Shown here in pieces: positions 10,549-21,043 of a stretch of 64,000 nt of DNA. Made by a program: the position numbers and the translations under genes. Numbering within the stretch: position 1 is the first letter of the stretch; every line of letters begins with the position of its first letter. Under the pieces are notes generated by a model. It saw only the letters and a list, made by a program, of their open reading frames with translations, was not told the origin of the DNA and did no database searches. The DNA is from an uncultured Thermoleophilia bacterium (GTDB lineage Bacteria > Actinomycetota > Thermoleophilia > UBA2241): NCBI GenBank assembly GCA_963715985.1, contig CAVQSP010000008.1:122092-186091 (forward strand), given 5' to 3'.

Positions 10549-11599
10549 TCACGCGCCCGGCCGCAGCGTGGGCGTGTGTGTGGAGAAGGGCGTGGACGAG
10601 GCGGTGGGCTGCGCCGTGGGCGTCGGCGTCAAGGTGGGCGTCGGCGTCACGGTCGGCGTGGGAGACGGCGTGGGCTGCGGCTGGTCGAGCCCGTACTTGT
10701 CCAGCAGCCGCGCCGTCTTCTGCGACAGCACCCTCTGGTACTTGACGCGCCCCGGCTCCACGCAGGTGGAAGAGGTCGAAGAAGTCGCTGTCCTTGAGGT
10801 CCGCCGTCCTCACGAAGGTGAGCCAGGGGATGCCGTACTTGCGCGAGAGCCGCACGCAGCTCGCCTTGTACGTCGCCACGGGCTCGTCGAAGGCGTGGCC
10901 GATGATCGCCAGGTCACGGGGCAGATCGACGAGCACCGGGTGCAGGCCGCGGGCCACGCAGGCCCGGATCACGCTCTCCAGCGAGCCGAGGTTGTAGGCG
11001 TACCGCGACTTGAACTCGGGCCACCTTCTCTCGAGCCAGTAGTCCACGTAGAAGCGCTTGGTGGCCGGGGTCTGGACCTTCTTCTCGACCGAGTACACGT
11101 GCTGGAAGTACGTGGGCGGCGGGAGGGCCGGGTCTGGCAAGGTGATGGTGGGTGAACTGGGCGGGCTCGAGAAGCGCCCGAGATTGACGCCGATGTACAC
11201 GATGGCGGGCATGTCCTTGGGCAGCAGTCCCACCACCTCGCGGTCGAGGGCGTAGGTGTCGTGCCGGCAGCCGAGGTTGTAGGTGGCGACGGGCGTGCCG
11301 CCGTAGCGCTCCACCTGCGCGGCCCAGTCGCGATCGTCCACGGTGCTCTCGCGCGCCGACGAACCGCCCAGGAGGATGACGACCGGCTTGCCGGGGAGCT
11401 CCGTGCGCAGGTTGGCGACGATCTGCAGGCGGTGCGTGGCGTCCTTGCCGGGCGTCTCGGCGCGCCGCCCGATGTCGTCCGTGGCGGCGAACGACCTGGG
11501 GTAGCCGGTGCCGGCCGCCGACGAGCGCGGCACGCCGGCCACGACCGGGACGGCGAGCACCGCGAGCGCAGCGGCCGCGAGCAGCCCGGCGCGCCTCAT
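10549..11599 (-). CDS. Secreted SGNH/DltD-like protein, paralog 1 (indel near 10763; Pro/Thr-rich tail)
   Basis: LLGGSSARES, YNLG, IVYIGVNLGRF, DFFDLFHL..EPG; C-terminus continues in ORF 10549..10761. Confidence 0.65.
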
Positions 11600-12593
11600 T
11601 GCCCGGCGCCGCCCATGCCGTACTGCTTGAGGAGCCTGGCCGTCTGCTCGGAGAGCAGCGTCTGCCAGACCTCGCGGCCGGGTTCCACGAGGTGCCAGAG
11701 GTCGTAGAAGTCGGCATCGGGCAGCCTGGCCCTGGCCACGAAGCTCACCCAGGGCACCTTCTGCGCCGCGGCGAGCTTCTTGCAGTCGGCGGTGAACCTG
11801 GCGGTGGGCACGTCCAGGGAGCTGCCGATGATCGCCGTGTCGCGGGGCAGCTCCAGGAGGACGGGCTTGAAGCCGCGCTCCTTGCAGGCGGCGACGAGCT
11901 TGCTCAGGGTCCTGAGGCTCGTCGCGTAGTTGGCTTTGAAGTAGGGGTAGCGGTCGCTGAGCCAGGCGCGGACGAGGGCCTTCTTCTGCGCCGCCGACTT
12001 CACCTTGGCCTGGCTGTACTGGTGCTGGTCGTACGGCGGCGCTGAGGCCGTGGGCTGCGGCAGCTTGATCGCGGGCGAAGACGGCGGCGAGGTGAAGCGG
12101 CCCACGTTGATCCCGATGTAGACGACGGTGGGCCCGTGAGGCAGCAGCTTCACGAGCGCGACGTCCTGCGCCAGCGTGCGGTTGCGCGAGCCCAGGTTGA
12201 AGGCGGCCACGGCGGGGCCGCCGGCGGCGGCGATCTGCGCCGCCCAGTCCGCGTCGCTGACGGTGCTCTCGCGGGCGGCGGAGCCGCCGAGCAGCACGAC
12301 GATGGGCGCGGCCGGCGGGTCCGCCCTGAGGTTCGCCACCACCTGCAGCACGTGCTGCCAGTCCGTGCCGCCCCCGCCCGCCGGGTCACCGCCTTGACGG
12401 CGTGAGGAGTGGCGACCGCCGAGGCGCCTGAGCTCCTGGCCGCGGCGGAGGACGACGAGCCTTCGGTGGCCCGAGCCGCGCAGGCGCTGGGCAGGGCGGC
12501 GAGGACGACGAGGCCTGCCGCCGAGGCGAGCGCTGCCGCCACGCGCGCCCGTCGCGACCGCGACGGTGATGGATGGTGCCCAAGGATGCCCAC
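11596..12593 (-). CDS. Secreted SGNH/DltD-like protein, paralog 2 (indel near 12375)
   Basis: LLGGSAARES, FNLG, VVYIGINVGRF, DFYDLWHLVEPG; signal-like N-terminus in another frame after RBS GGAGGG; ATGA overlap with paralog 1. Confidence 0.65.
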
Positions 12594-12710
12594 GAGACCC
12601 TCCCAGTCTCGCCCGACTGTAGCACTTGAGGTGGGGCGTCGCGACACGGCCGCCGCCCGTGTAGGCTGTTGCGTCGACGCCAGTCGCGCCGCCGCCAGGA
12701 GGTCCCGGAC

Positions 12711-13823
12711 GTGAAGTACCGCCGCATGCCCATCGAGGTCGAGTCGCCCGAGCAGCTCGGCTACGACCGCATCCGCAACAACCTCACGGAGAGCTCCGTG
12801 CGTGACCGGTCCCTCGCCGACCTCGGCATCGAGATCGGCGACATGCTGCTGTTCTACGGCGATCACGCGGGTCACGAGGGCTTCCGCGAGGACATCGCCG
12901 CGCAGTGCGGCGGCGCGGGCCGTGACGACGTGCTCGTCACGGCGGGCGCCGCCCAGGCGCTCTTCATCATCGCCACCTCGCTGCTGGAGCGGGGCGATCA
13001 CCTGGTGGTGGTCAGGCCCAACTACGCCACCAACATCGAGACACCGCGGGCCATCGGCGCCGACATCAGCTTCCTCGAGCTGCGCTTCGAGGACGGCTTT
13101 CGCGTGGACGTGGAGGCGCTCATGGCGCTCGTCGAGCCCCGCACGAAGTACGTGAGCGTCACGGTGCCGCACAACCCCACGGGAGCGGTGATGAGCGAGG
13201 AGGAGCTGCGCGCCCTCGTGGAGGCCGTGGAGCGCGCCGGCTGCCGGCTGCTCGTGGACGAGACGTACCGGGAGATGACCTTCGACGCGCCGCCGCCGGT
13301 GGCGGCCTCTCTGAGCGAGCGGGCGGTGAGCGTCAGCTCGCTCTCCAAGACCTACGGCATCCCCGGCATCCGCAGCGGCTGGCTCGTGTGCCGCGACCGC
13401 GAGCTGATGGAGACCTTCCTCGCGGCCAAGGAGCAGATGGGCATCTGCGGCAGCGTGGTGGACGAGGAGATCGCCGCGCGTGCCTTCGCGCAGCGTGACG
13501 AGTGGCTGCCGCACATCAACGCGTTCATCGCCGGCCGGTTCGAGGTGGTCAAGGCGTGGATGGCCGGGGAGGAGCTGATGGAGTGGGCGGAGCCGCGCGG
13601 CGGCTGCGTGTGCTTCCCCCGCATCCGCCCGGACGCGCCCGTGGATGTGGACGAGTTCTACCGCGTGCTCAACGAGGACCACGGCACGTATGTGGGGCCG
13701 GGTCACTGGTTCGAACAGCCACGCCGGCACATGCGCGTCGGCTATGCCTGGCCGCGCGCGGACGAGCTCGACGCCGGATTGGCCGCCATCTCCGCGTCGC
13801 TGCGCGCGGCTGCGACCGCGTGA
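12711..13823 (+). CDS. Class I/II PLP aminotransferase
   Basis: PHNPTG, LVDETYR, SSLSKTYGIPGIRSGW. Confidence 0.9.
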   Translation: MKYRRMPIEVESPEQLGYDRIRNNLTESSVRDRSLADLGIEIGDMLLFYGDHAGHEGFREDIAAQCGGAGRDDVLVTAGAAQALFIIATSLLERGDHLVVVRPNYATNIETPRAIGADISFLELRFEDGFRVDVEALMALVEPRTKYVSVTVPHNPTGAVMSEEELRALVEAVERAGCRLLVDETYREMTFDAPPPVAASLSERAVSVSSLSKTYGIPGIRSGWLVCRDRELMETFLAAKEQMGICGSVVDEEIAARAFAQRDEWLPHINAFIAGRFEVVKAWMAGEELMEWAEPRGGCVCFPRIRPDAPVDVDEFYRVLNEDHGTYVGPGHWFEQPRRHMRVGYAWPRADELDAGLAAISASLRAAATA

Positions 13824-13830
13824 GGCTGCC

Positions 13831-14685
13831 ATGACCCGCGCCGTCATCCACTCCTCGCAGCAGTTCGCCGCCGGCGACGGGCTGCGGCTCACGCGCCAGG
13901 CCTGGCGGCCGGACGAGGGCACGACTGCCGTGCTCGCCGTTCTCCACGGGTACGGCGAGCACGGCGGCCGGTACCGTGAGCTGGCCGCGGAGCTGGCGGA
14001 GCACGGCCTGGCCGTACACGTCTACGACCTGCGCGGCCACGGCCTGTCCGGCGGCCGCCGCGGCCACATCTCGCGCTTCTCGGACTACCTCAACGACACG
14101 GCGGTCTATCTCGACGCCGTACGCGGCGACGACCCCGGGCTGCCGCTCTTCCTGCTGGGCCACAGCATGGGCGGTCTCGTCGCCGCCTCGTTCGTGGAGC
14201 AGCGCCCCGCCGGCTTCGCGGGGCTCGTCCTGTCGGCGCCGTTCCTTCGCCTCGCCCTGGAGGTGCCGCCGCTCAGGGTCCACGCCGCGCGGATCATCTC
14301 GGTCGTGGCTCCCACCTTCGACATCGGCAACACGCTGGACGCCGCGGGGCTCTCCCACGACGAGGCCGTGGTGGCCGCCTACCGCATCGACCCGTTGAAC
14401 CACTTCAAGGCCACGGCCCGTTGGGCGGCCGAGGTGCTCGCCGCGCAGCGCGCGGCGCTCGCCGCGGCCCGGGACATCGCCCTGCCCCTGCTGGTCATGT
14501 ACGGCAGTGCCGACCCGGTCGCCGACCCGGCGGCGGCGCACGAGCTGTTCGCCGCGGCCTCCGCGGCGGACAAGAGCGAGCACGTCTACCCCGCCTACTA
14601 CCACGAGATCTTCAACGAGACCGGGCGCGAGGCGCCCGTCGCCGACCTGCTCGCCTGGCTGGGCGAGCACGGGGCGACCGGCTGA
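13831..14685 (+). CDS. Alpha/beta hydrolase (lysophospholipase/monoacylglycerol lipase type)
   Basis: HGYGEH, DLRGHG, GHSMGG, YHEIFNE. Confidence 0.9.
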   Translation: MTRAVIHSSQQFAAGDGLRLTRQAWRPDEGTTAVLAVLHGYGEHGGRYRELAAELAEHGLAVHVYDLRGHGLSGGRRGHISRFSDYLNDTAVYLDAVRGDDPGLPLFLLGHSMGGLVAASFVEQRPAGFAGLVLSAPFLRLALEVPPLRVHAARIISVVAPTFDIGNTLDAAGLSHDEAVVAAYRIDPLNHFKATARWAAEVLAAQRAALAAARDIALPLLVMYGSADPVADPAAAHELFAAASAADKSEHVYPAYYHEIFNETGREAPVADLLAWLGEHGATG

Positions 14686-14768
14686 CACGCCCAGGGTCGC
14701 GGGGCGGACGCGCACGCGGAGGGCCGAGGCGCGGACCCGGGCGCGGGTCGGTCGTGCGCCGTGCGCAG

Positions 14769-15512
14769 CTAGCGCGCCGGGCGCCCCACTGTGGTCATGT
14801 AGACGACGGGTTCCTCGTCGGGATCGACGCCGAGCAGCGCTGCCGCCTCGTCGTCGAAGAAGGCGGCGATCTGGCAGCTGCCCAGGCCGAGCGCCACCGC
14901 CGCGAGCGCGACGTTCTCGGCGATGTGCCCGGCGTCCAGGAAGATGTAGCGCACGAAACGCTGCCCGTACTTCCAGCGTGATCGTTGGAGCACGGCGGTC
15001 CACACGAACACGGCGTCCGCGAAGGCGGCGATGGGCTGGTCCAGCGCGGCGTGTGCCAGTGGCCGCCGCACGTCGCCCGCGCGGATCAGTTCCAGCGCCC
15101 TCTCCAGCACCGCGTAGTGATACACGCCGGGATCGACCCCGGTCACGTCGTGCACGGCCACGTAGTGCTCGATGGGGTACAGCGCGCCGGCAGAGGGCGC
15201 GGTGCGAAGAGCGAAGCCCTGCTCCGGCGCCGTGACGCCGGCGGCGGACCAGAGCAGCGCCCCCAGCTCCGCCAGGTCGAGCGGCGGCGGGGTGTACGCG
15301 CGCACGCTGCGCCGCCGCCGGAGCACCTCGAACACGTCCCGGGTCGCGCCGTCGTCCTCGCTGCCCGGCAGGCTGGGCAGCGCTATCCGCGGCGCCTCCG
15401 GGTACGTCTTGAACCAGGCCGGCTGGCGGTCCCAGTCCATGCGCCCGCCCACCAGATGCGTCCGGCTGTGCCGGGTCTCCCGCAGGTAGCGTTCCCCGAT
15501 GCCGTCGTCCAC
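14769..15512 (-). CDS. SagB/ThcOx family nitroreductase-like dehydrogenase
   Basis: RRRSVR, RTAPSAGALYP, DAGHIAEN, AFFDD. Confidence 0.88.
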   Translation of the reverse strand: MDDGIGERYLRETRHSRTHLVGGRMDWDRQPAWFKTYPEAPRIALPSLPGSEDDGATRDVFEVLRRRRSVRAYTPPPLDLAELGALLWSAAGVTAPEQGFALRTAPSAGALYPIEHYVAVHDVTGVDPGVYHYAVLERALELIRAGDVRRPLAHAALDQPIAAFADAVFVWTAVLQRSRWKYGQRFVRYIFLDAGHIAENVALAAVALGLGSCQIAAFFDDEAAALLGVDPDEEPVVYMTTVGRPAR

Positions 15513-15519
15513 GTGTGCC

Positions 15520-16362
15520 TCAGCCCTTGCCTGCGGGCTCTCGGTACGGCACCGGGATGAACTCCACCGACGGCCGCCGCTGTGAGCGCCGCGGGTAGAG
15601 GTCCATCAGGGCGTAGACCTCCTCGGGGAGACCCTCCTCCACCGGCAGTCCAAGCTCCCGCGCCTCGTCGATCCGAATCGGGTAGTCGTGCGTCCAGCGG
15701 CCTTGGCTCAGCGTCTCGGCCAGGGCCGCGGCCTGCTCCGGCACACGGTCGCGCACGAGCTCCTCGACCGTGTCCCGCACCTGCACGATCGCCTTGCGTG
15801 CCACGTCGCCGAGGATGAGCGTCTCGTCGTCGCGATTGGGGTTGGGCTGCTCGAGCGCCGTCAGGATGGAGGCGGCGGGCCACATGCCGCGCAGCGGGTT
15901 GCCCAGCTGCGGGTCCACCGGGCCCAGCACGGCGTCGGCGTCCATCAGGATGCTGTCGGCGGCCAGGGCGACGAGGGTGCCGCCCGACATGGCGTAGTGC
16001 GGCACCAGCACGGTCACCGTTCCCGGGTGCCGCTTGAGCGCGTGGGCGATCTGGTCCGACGCCAGCACGAGACCACCCGGCGTGTGCAGGACCAGGTCGA
16101 TGGGCATGTCCGCCGGCGTCATGCGCACGGCGCGAAGGACCTGTTCGGAATCCTCCACGTCGATGTAGCGAGGGAAGGGGATGCCCAGCAGGGTCGCGGT
16201 CTCCTGGCGGTGGATCATCGTGATCACGCGCGTGCCGCGGCGCTGCTCGAGGGCGCGCATGAGGGCGCGCCGGCGCCGGTCCCGGCGGCGGCGCTGCCAG
16301 CGCGGCAGGAGCAGCGCCGCGGCCACGAGCGCCGCGATCACGATGAGCACGATCCAGGTCAT
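15520..16362 (-). CDS. ClpP-fold serine protease (SDH_sah-like) with N-terminal TM
   Basis: IHRQE, LHTPGG, PHYAMSGGT, LGPVDPQ, WTHDYPI. Confidence 0.85.
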   Translation of the reverse strand: MTWIVLIVIAALVAAALLLPRWQRRRRDRRRRALMRALEQRRGTRVITMIHRQETATLLGIPFPRYIDVEDSEQVLRAVRMTPADMPIDLVLHTPGGLVLASDQIAHALKRHPGTVTVLVPHYAMSGGTLVALAADSILMDADAVLGPVDPQLGNPLRGMWPAASILTALEQPNPNRDDETLILGDVARKAIVQVRDTVEELVRDRVPEQAAALAETLSQGRWTHDYPIRIDEARELGLPVEEGLPEEVYALMDLYPRRSQRRPSVEFIPVPYREPAGKG

Positions 16363-16467
16363 GGAGGGGTCGTGCCCGAAGCGGGCCGGGGCGACACATG
16401 AGCAGGAGATCTCGCGCTCAGGTGTCGCCCCGGACGTCGCGGGACGGGCTGCCTCTCTGGCCCGGCC

Positions 16468-18029
16468 TTACTCGGCCGCCTCGTGCGACGCCCGCTCGGG
16501 GAACGGCCACTCGCCGGCAACGTAGCTCACCGCCACCTGGTACAGGGCGAGGAGGATCAGCAGCACGATGATCCACGTCCAGGACGAGGCCGAGACGAGG
16601 AGCAGGATCAGCAGGGCGACGAGGCCGATGACGCGCAGCAGCGCCGTGTTGTGGCGCATCCAGCGGGTCGTTGGCGTGTCTGACTTGGCCATCTCGTCGG
16701 CCTTGCTGGCGGTCGCGTGCCCGGCGTAGGCCAGCGCGTGCCGCAGGTCGCGACGCCCGACGAACCAGGCGACGGCGGCGACCACGGCGGCGACCACGAC
16801 GATCCAGATGGTGAGCGTGCTCAGCGGTCCCAGCGATCTGTTGATGACGTCCCCCGCGAGGGTCCTGACGGTGCCGGCCTGCAGATTGTTGACGATGGCC
16901 TCCGTCGCCTTGTTGACGACCACGTGGGTGATGATGAGCGCCACGGCCACGCCGATGCCGAGCACGATGATGGTGGTGCGCCGCTTGTGGGACAGCCAGA
17001 TCGTGAGCGCGACGAGGATCGCGACGATGAGCGGCAGGATCCACATGAGCTTGTCGAAGATGCTGATGGCGGTCTGCGCCGGCCCGAGCGAATCGCTCTT
17101 GAGCAGGGTGATCTGGCCGAAGTCCGCGGGCAGCGTCTTGCCCGACCAGTCCGACACCTGCTGGATGGCCTGCTCGGGCGGTGTGGTCGGGTCGATGACG
17201 GGCACGGAGATGCGGCTGCTCAGCGCGCCGGGCAGCTTGCCCTCGAGCCACACCAGGGCCTCGCTGACGAGGGGCAGCACGTTGAGCTTGACGTCGCTGC
17301 CCTGGACGTACGTCAGCGTGTTCTCGCCGCGCAGCAGCCCGACCACCTTCTCGTGCGCGACCTCGTTCACCTTCAGCCAGATCTCGTACGCCTTGTCGGT
17401 GCTGAGAAGCTTGTAGGTCTGCTCCTGGATGAAGGACTCGACCTGGGCCGTGATGGGCCCGGCGAGGAACTGCGCCTGCTCAGGCAACACCGCCTGCGCG
17501 CGCGCCTGCAGGTCGGTGGCCGTCACGACCTGCGTGGTGATGTACTCACTCAGGGACTTGATCGCCGCCGGATCCTTGCCGATGGGCCCGACGATCTTCA
17601 TGTAGCCGTCCGTGTTGAGCGTGGTGTAGTGGGCCCACCAGGTGACGCCGGTGACGACCACGGCGAGGCAGGACAGCACGACGAGGATGGCGATGAGGAC
17701 GGTGTGCAGACGCCCGCCGCGGCGGCGCTTGGCTGGGGCGGCCACGGCGACGGGGGCAGCCGCCGTCTTCTCGGCCTCGCTCCCGGCGGCCTTGGTGACC
17801 GCCGTGGCGCCGGCCACCTCGGTGACCGCGGTCTGCTCGCCCGTCCCGGCGGCCTCGTCCGCGGCGGCCTCCGGCCGGCCTCTCCGGCCACCTCGCCCGC
17901 CTCTCCGGCCGCCGCGTCGGCCGCTTCGCCGCCGGCCTGCGTCACGGCAGTGGTCTCGTCGGCCGGGGTCTCGTCCGCGCCGGGCTTCGCCGGGGGATCG
18001 TCGCCCTTGCCCGCCTTCTTCTCAGTCAT
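16468..18029 (-). CDS. Integral membrane protein (indel near 17880)
   Basis: Several hydrophobic helices around a soluble domain; acidic Ala-rich N-terminus MTEKKAG in another frame after RBS GAGGAGG. Confidence 0.7.
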
Positions 18030-18169
18030 CGTCCCTCCTCGGAGACCCGCAGTGTGCTTCGCGGGTCGTGGCCTTCACATTCGTCGTGCACCCGCGTTCA
18101 ACAGTCCGGTGCTATCCCCTGCCTCCGCCTCCGCCTCCGCCTCCGCGTCTGCGTCGGCGGCGCGGCCGC

Positions 18170-18394
18170 TCAGCGCGGCGGGTCCGCACAGAACAGCGAG
18201 ACCTGGCAGCGCAGCCCGTACTGCGCCTCGAGCTCGTGGGTCCGGCGCAGGCCCTCCAGTTCACGTTGCCGTCTCGCCGCGCGGGTCTCAGCCTCGGGCG
18301 GCGCCGTGACGTGCACGCCCACCGGCCGTCCGCTGCGGTCGTACACCACAGGGCCCTCCGCGGCCAGCGTTTGTCTGCGACGACGGAATCGCAC
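18170..18394 (-). CDS. Hypothetical small protein
   Basis: GTG after a purine-rich tract, VRFRRRRQ..GLRCQVSLFCADP; an adjacent (GCCTCC)n run could be a frameshifted EA-repeat tail. Confidence 0.3.
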   Translation of the reverse strand: MRFRRRRQTLAAEGPVVYDRSGRPVGVHVTAPPEAETRAARRQRELEGLRRTHELEAQYGLRCQVSLFCADPPR

Positions 18395-18474
18395 GGCGCT
18401 CTCTTCCCTCGGCCCTGCCATCACTTGGTACGTTGTACCCGCGGCTGCGCCCGCGGACGCGTCGGCGGGCGGAC

Positions 18475-19902
18475 TCAGCGCTCGCCGGCGAGCGCGGCGT
18501 CGCACAGCTCGCTCCAGACGAGCTCCACGTGGCGGCGTTCGGTGCTCTGGGTCCCCACGGAGACGCGGATCATCTGGCGGCCCTTGAGCAGGGACGGCGT
18601 CACGTAGCAGCGCCCCGCCAGATTGACGCGGTCGGCCACGGCCAGGTTGTGCGCCGTGAGGGCGTCTTCGTCGGCGGCGAGGGAGGGCGGGACGTGGCGC
18701 ACGCAGACGGTCTGCAATGGGGCGGGCGCCACGCGTTCCCATTCGGGCGTGGCGTCCACCTGTGCGGCCAGCCACGCCGCGTTGTCCACGTCGCGGCGGA
18801 TGCGGTCGCGCAGCGCCTCCACGCCGTACTCGCGGATGAGGAACCACAGCTTGAGGGAGCGGAAGCGACGGCCCAGCGGGATCCCCCAGTCGCGCAGGTT
18901 GCGCACCACGCCGTCGTGGGCCGTGCGCAGGTAGCTGGGGTCGGTGCTCATGACGCGGACGAGGTGCTGGGGATCACGGACGAAGTAGGCGGAGAGGTCG
19001 AAGCCGGTGCCCATCCACTTGTGCGGGTTGAGCACGATGGAGTCGGCGGCCTCCACGCCGCGCCACATCCAGCGGTACTCGGGGCAGATCATCGCCGTGC
19101 CGGCGAGCGCCGCATCGACGTGCAGCCACATGTCGTGACGGGCGGCCAGCGCGGCGATGCCGGCGACGGGGTCGAGCGCCGTGGTGGCCGTGGTGCCGAC
19201 GGCGGCGACGACCGCGCAGGGGCGCCGTCCGGCGGCGACATCCTCTGCGATGGCCGCCTCGAGCAGGTCGAGGCGCAGGGCGTGGTCGTCGTCGGTCCCC
19301 AGGAGTCTGAGGTGCTCGGCGCCGAAGCCCGCCAGCAGCGCGCCCTTCGGGATCGAGCTGTGCGCCTGGTCGGAGGCGTACACCACGAGCGGCGCCTCCT
19401 CGGCCTGCAGGCCGCCGCGGTTCTGCGAGAAGGAGCTCGAGCGCTCGCGGGCGCACAGCAGGGCGCAGAACGTGGCGGTGCTGGCCGTGTCCTGGATGAC
19501 GCCGGTGAACGTGTCGGGCAGGCCCAGCATCTGGCGCAGCCAGTCCATCACCACCTCTTCGACCTCGGTGGCGGCGGGGCTGGTCTGCCAGCTCATGCCC
19601 TGCACCCCGAGGCCGGCGGTCACGAGGTCGGCGAGCACCGACGAGAGGTCGCTGTTGGAGGGGAAGTAGGCGAAGAAGCCCGGGTGGTTCCAGTGGGTGA
19701 TGCCGGGCATGACGATCTCGTCGAGGTCGGCGACGACGCCGTCCAGGCCCTCGGGCAGGGCCGGCGGCTCGGTGGGCAGCTTGCCGGCAACGTCGCCGGG
19801 CTGCGCCCGGCTCATGACCGGGAACTGCTCGATGTGCTCGCGGTATTCGGCGATCCAGTCGACGAGCTCGTGGCCGAGGCGGCGGAACTCGGAGGGGTCC
19901 AT
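18475..19902 (-). CDS. Aromatic-L-amino-acid decarboxylase-like group II PLP decarboxylase
   Basis: MDPSEFRRLGHELVDWI, PGITHWNHP, SPAATEVE, HVDAA, NPHKW, LGRRFRSLKLW. Confidence 0.93.
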   Translation of the reverse strand: MDPSEFRRLGHELVDWIAEYREHIEQFPVMSRAQPGDVAGKLPTEPPALPEGLDGVVADLDEIVMPGITHWNHPGFFAYFPSNSDLSSVLADLVTAGLGVQGMSWQTSPAATEVEEVVMDWLRQMLGLPDTFTGVIQDTASTATFCALLCARERSSSFSQNRGGLQAEEAPLVVYASDQAHSSIPKGALLAGFGAEHLRLLGTDDDHALRLDLLEAAIAEDVAAGRRPCAVVAAVGTTATTALDPVAGIAALAARHDMWLHVDAALAGTAMICPEYRWMWRGVEAADSIVLNPHKWMGTGFDLSAYFVRDPQHLVRVMSTDPSYLRTAHDGVVRNLRDWGIPLGRRFRSLKLWFLIREYGVEALRDRIRRDVDNAAWLAAQVDATPEWERVAPAPLQTVCVRHVPPSLAADEDALTAHNLAVADRVNLAGRCYVTPSLLKGRQMIRVSVGTQSTERRHVELVWSELCDAALAGER

Positions 19903-20166
19903 GGGCTCTCCCCGGAGGTAGGACGGCAGGACGGTCGGCGGGGCTGCGCCGGCCGCCCCGATTCTATCGCGCCGCCCGGCCGTGCGGCCCGGCAGCCCGC
20001 CGCAGCCTGACCGGGCCGCTCGTGGCGCGCAGCGGGCGCTATGGAGCCGCTGTTCCGGATCGCGGATTCAAGCAAGGAGGCAAGCAAGCGTACGTTCAGT
20101 TGAAATCGCCGCGCGGACCATGCCGGGGGCACGGGGTCGTGCGTCCGTTGTCCGGAGCCGCTCCGG

Positions 20167-20896
20167 TCACAGCCGGGCTGCGACCACGACCTCAGAGGCC
20201 AGGACCACGTCGGTGACGGTGAGGCGCGTGCGCAGCGCCCAGCGTCCGCGGTCCAGCAGAGCGGCGAGCTCCACCGGGCGGCAGCCGCCCATCAGCGCGG
20301 GGTCGAGGCGCCACACGCCGCGCCACGCCGCAGTGAGGGCGCGCGCCGCGGGCGCGCGCCCCGGGGTGAGGCTCGCCAGGGCGAGCAGGCCCCCGGGCCT
20401 CAGCACCCGGTGCGCCTCGTCGAGGAACCGCTGCGTGTCGTCGGGGCTGAGCAGGTCGAGGACGTAGGTGCTCACCAGCCGGTCTGGCGGAGGCGTCGGC
20501 GGCCGGCAGGTCCACAGGGCCGCCGACCTGGTCCACGCGCGCCCGGTCGCCCCACGGGGCGACGGCGGCGCGCGCCAGCTGCACCATGCGCGGGCTCACG
20601 TCCAGGCCGTGGTAGCGCGCCCCGGCCGGGAGCCGCTCGGCGAGCAGGCGGGCCGCCAGCCGGCCCGTGCCGCAGCCGAACTCCAGCACGGCCCCGGCAC
20701 GCTCGAACGCCGCGTACTCCACCAGCGCATCCATCGCGCGGCGCTCGCTGAGCGGCCGCGTGTCCTGCCAGCGGCCGATGTGATCGTAGATCCACCGCGC
20801 CTGCTGGTGGGTGACATAACGTTCCGGCATGGGCTCCACCGCCTCCGCTCGTGCGCGCGTGCCTGCGGGCGCGCCCGGCGTCAATACTACCGTCAC
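20167..20896 (-). CDS. Class I SAM-dependent methyltransferase (indel near 20485)
   Basis: VLEFGCGTG, GLDVSPRM, then STYVLDLL..RVLRPGG in a second frame. Confidence 0.8.
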
Positions 20897-20940
20897 CGGA
20901 GCCTTCTCTCAGGGCTTCCACCCACCTCAACGGCCGCGTA

Positions 20941-20968
20941 TTGACACCTGCCCGGCGTGCGGAAGAAT
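20941..20968 (+). promoter_or_regulatory. Putative sigma70-type promoter
   Basis: TTGACA-N16-AAGAAT upstream of the phosphatase gene. Confidence 0.45.
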
Positions 20969-21043
20969 GCAGTCAGTCTGCGATTCCCATCGCAGGTAGG
21001 GGGGCCCTCGCCCTGGGGGCCGACGCGAGACTGGAGGGAGCTC

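Noticed and set aside
10560-10685. Tandem DNA repeat element (also 18121-18146 GCCTCC and 35810-35850)
   Set aside because: Explained by Pro/Thr or Glu/Ala low-complexity protein linkers.
14769-15512. Thiazole/oxazole RiPP cluster
   Set aside because: No YcaO, E1-like protein or Cys/Ser-rich precursor nearby.
20041-20110. CAAGCAAG direct repeat in a lower-GC intergenic patch
   Set aside because: Only two short copies and no associated regulator; too little to support a call.
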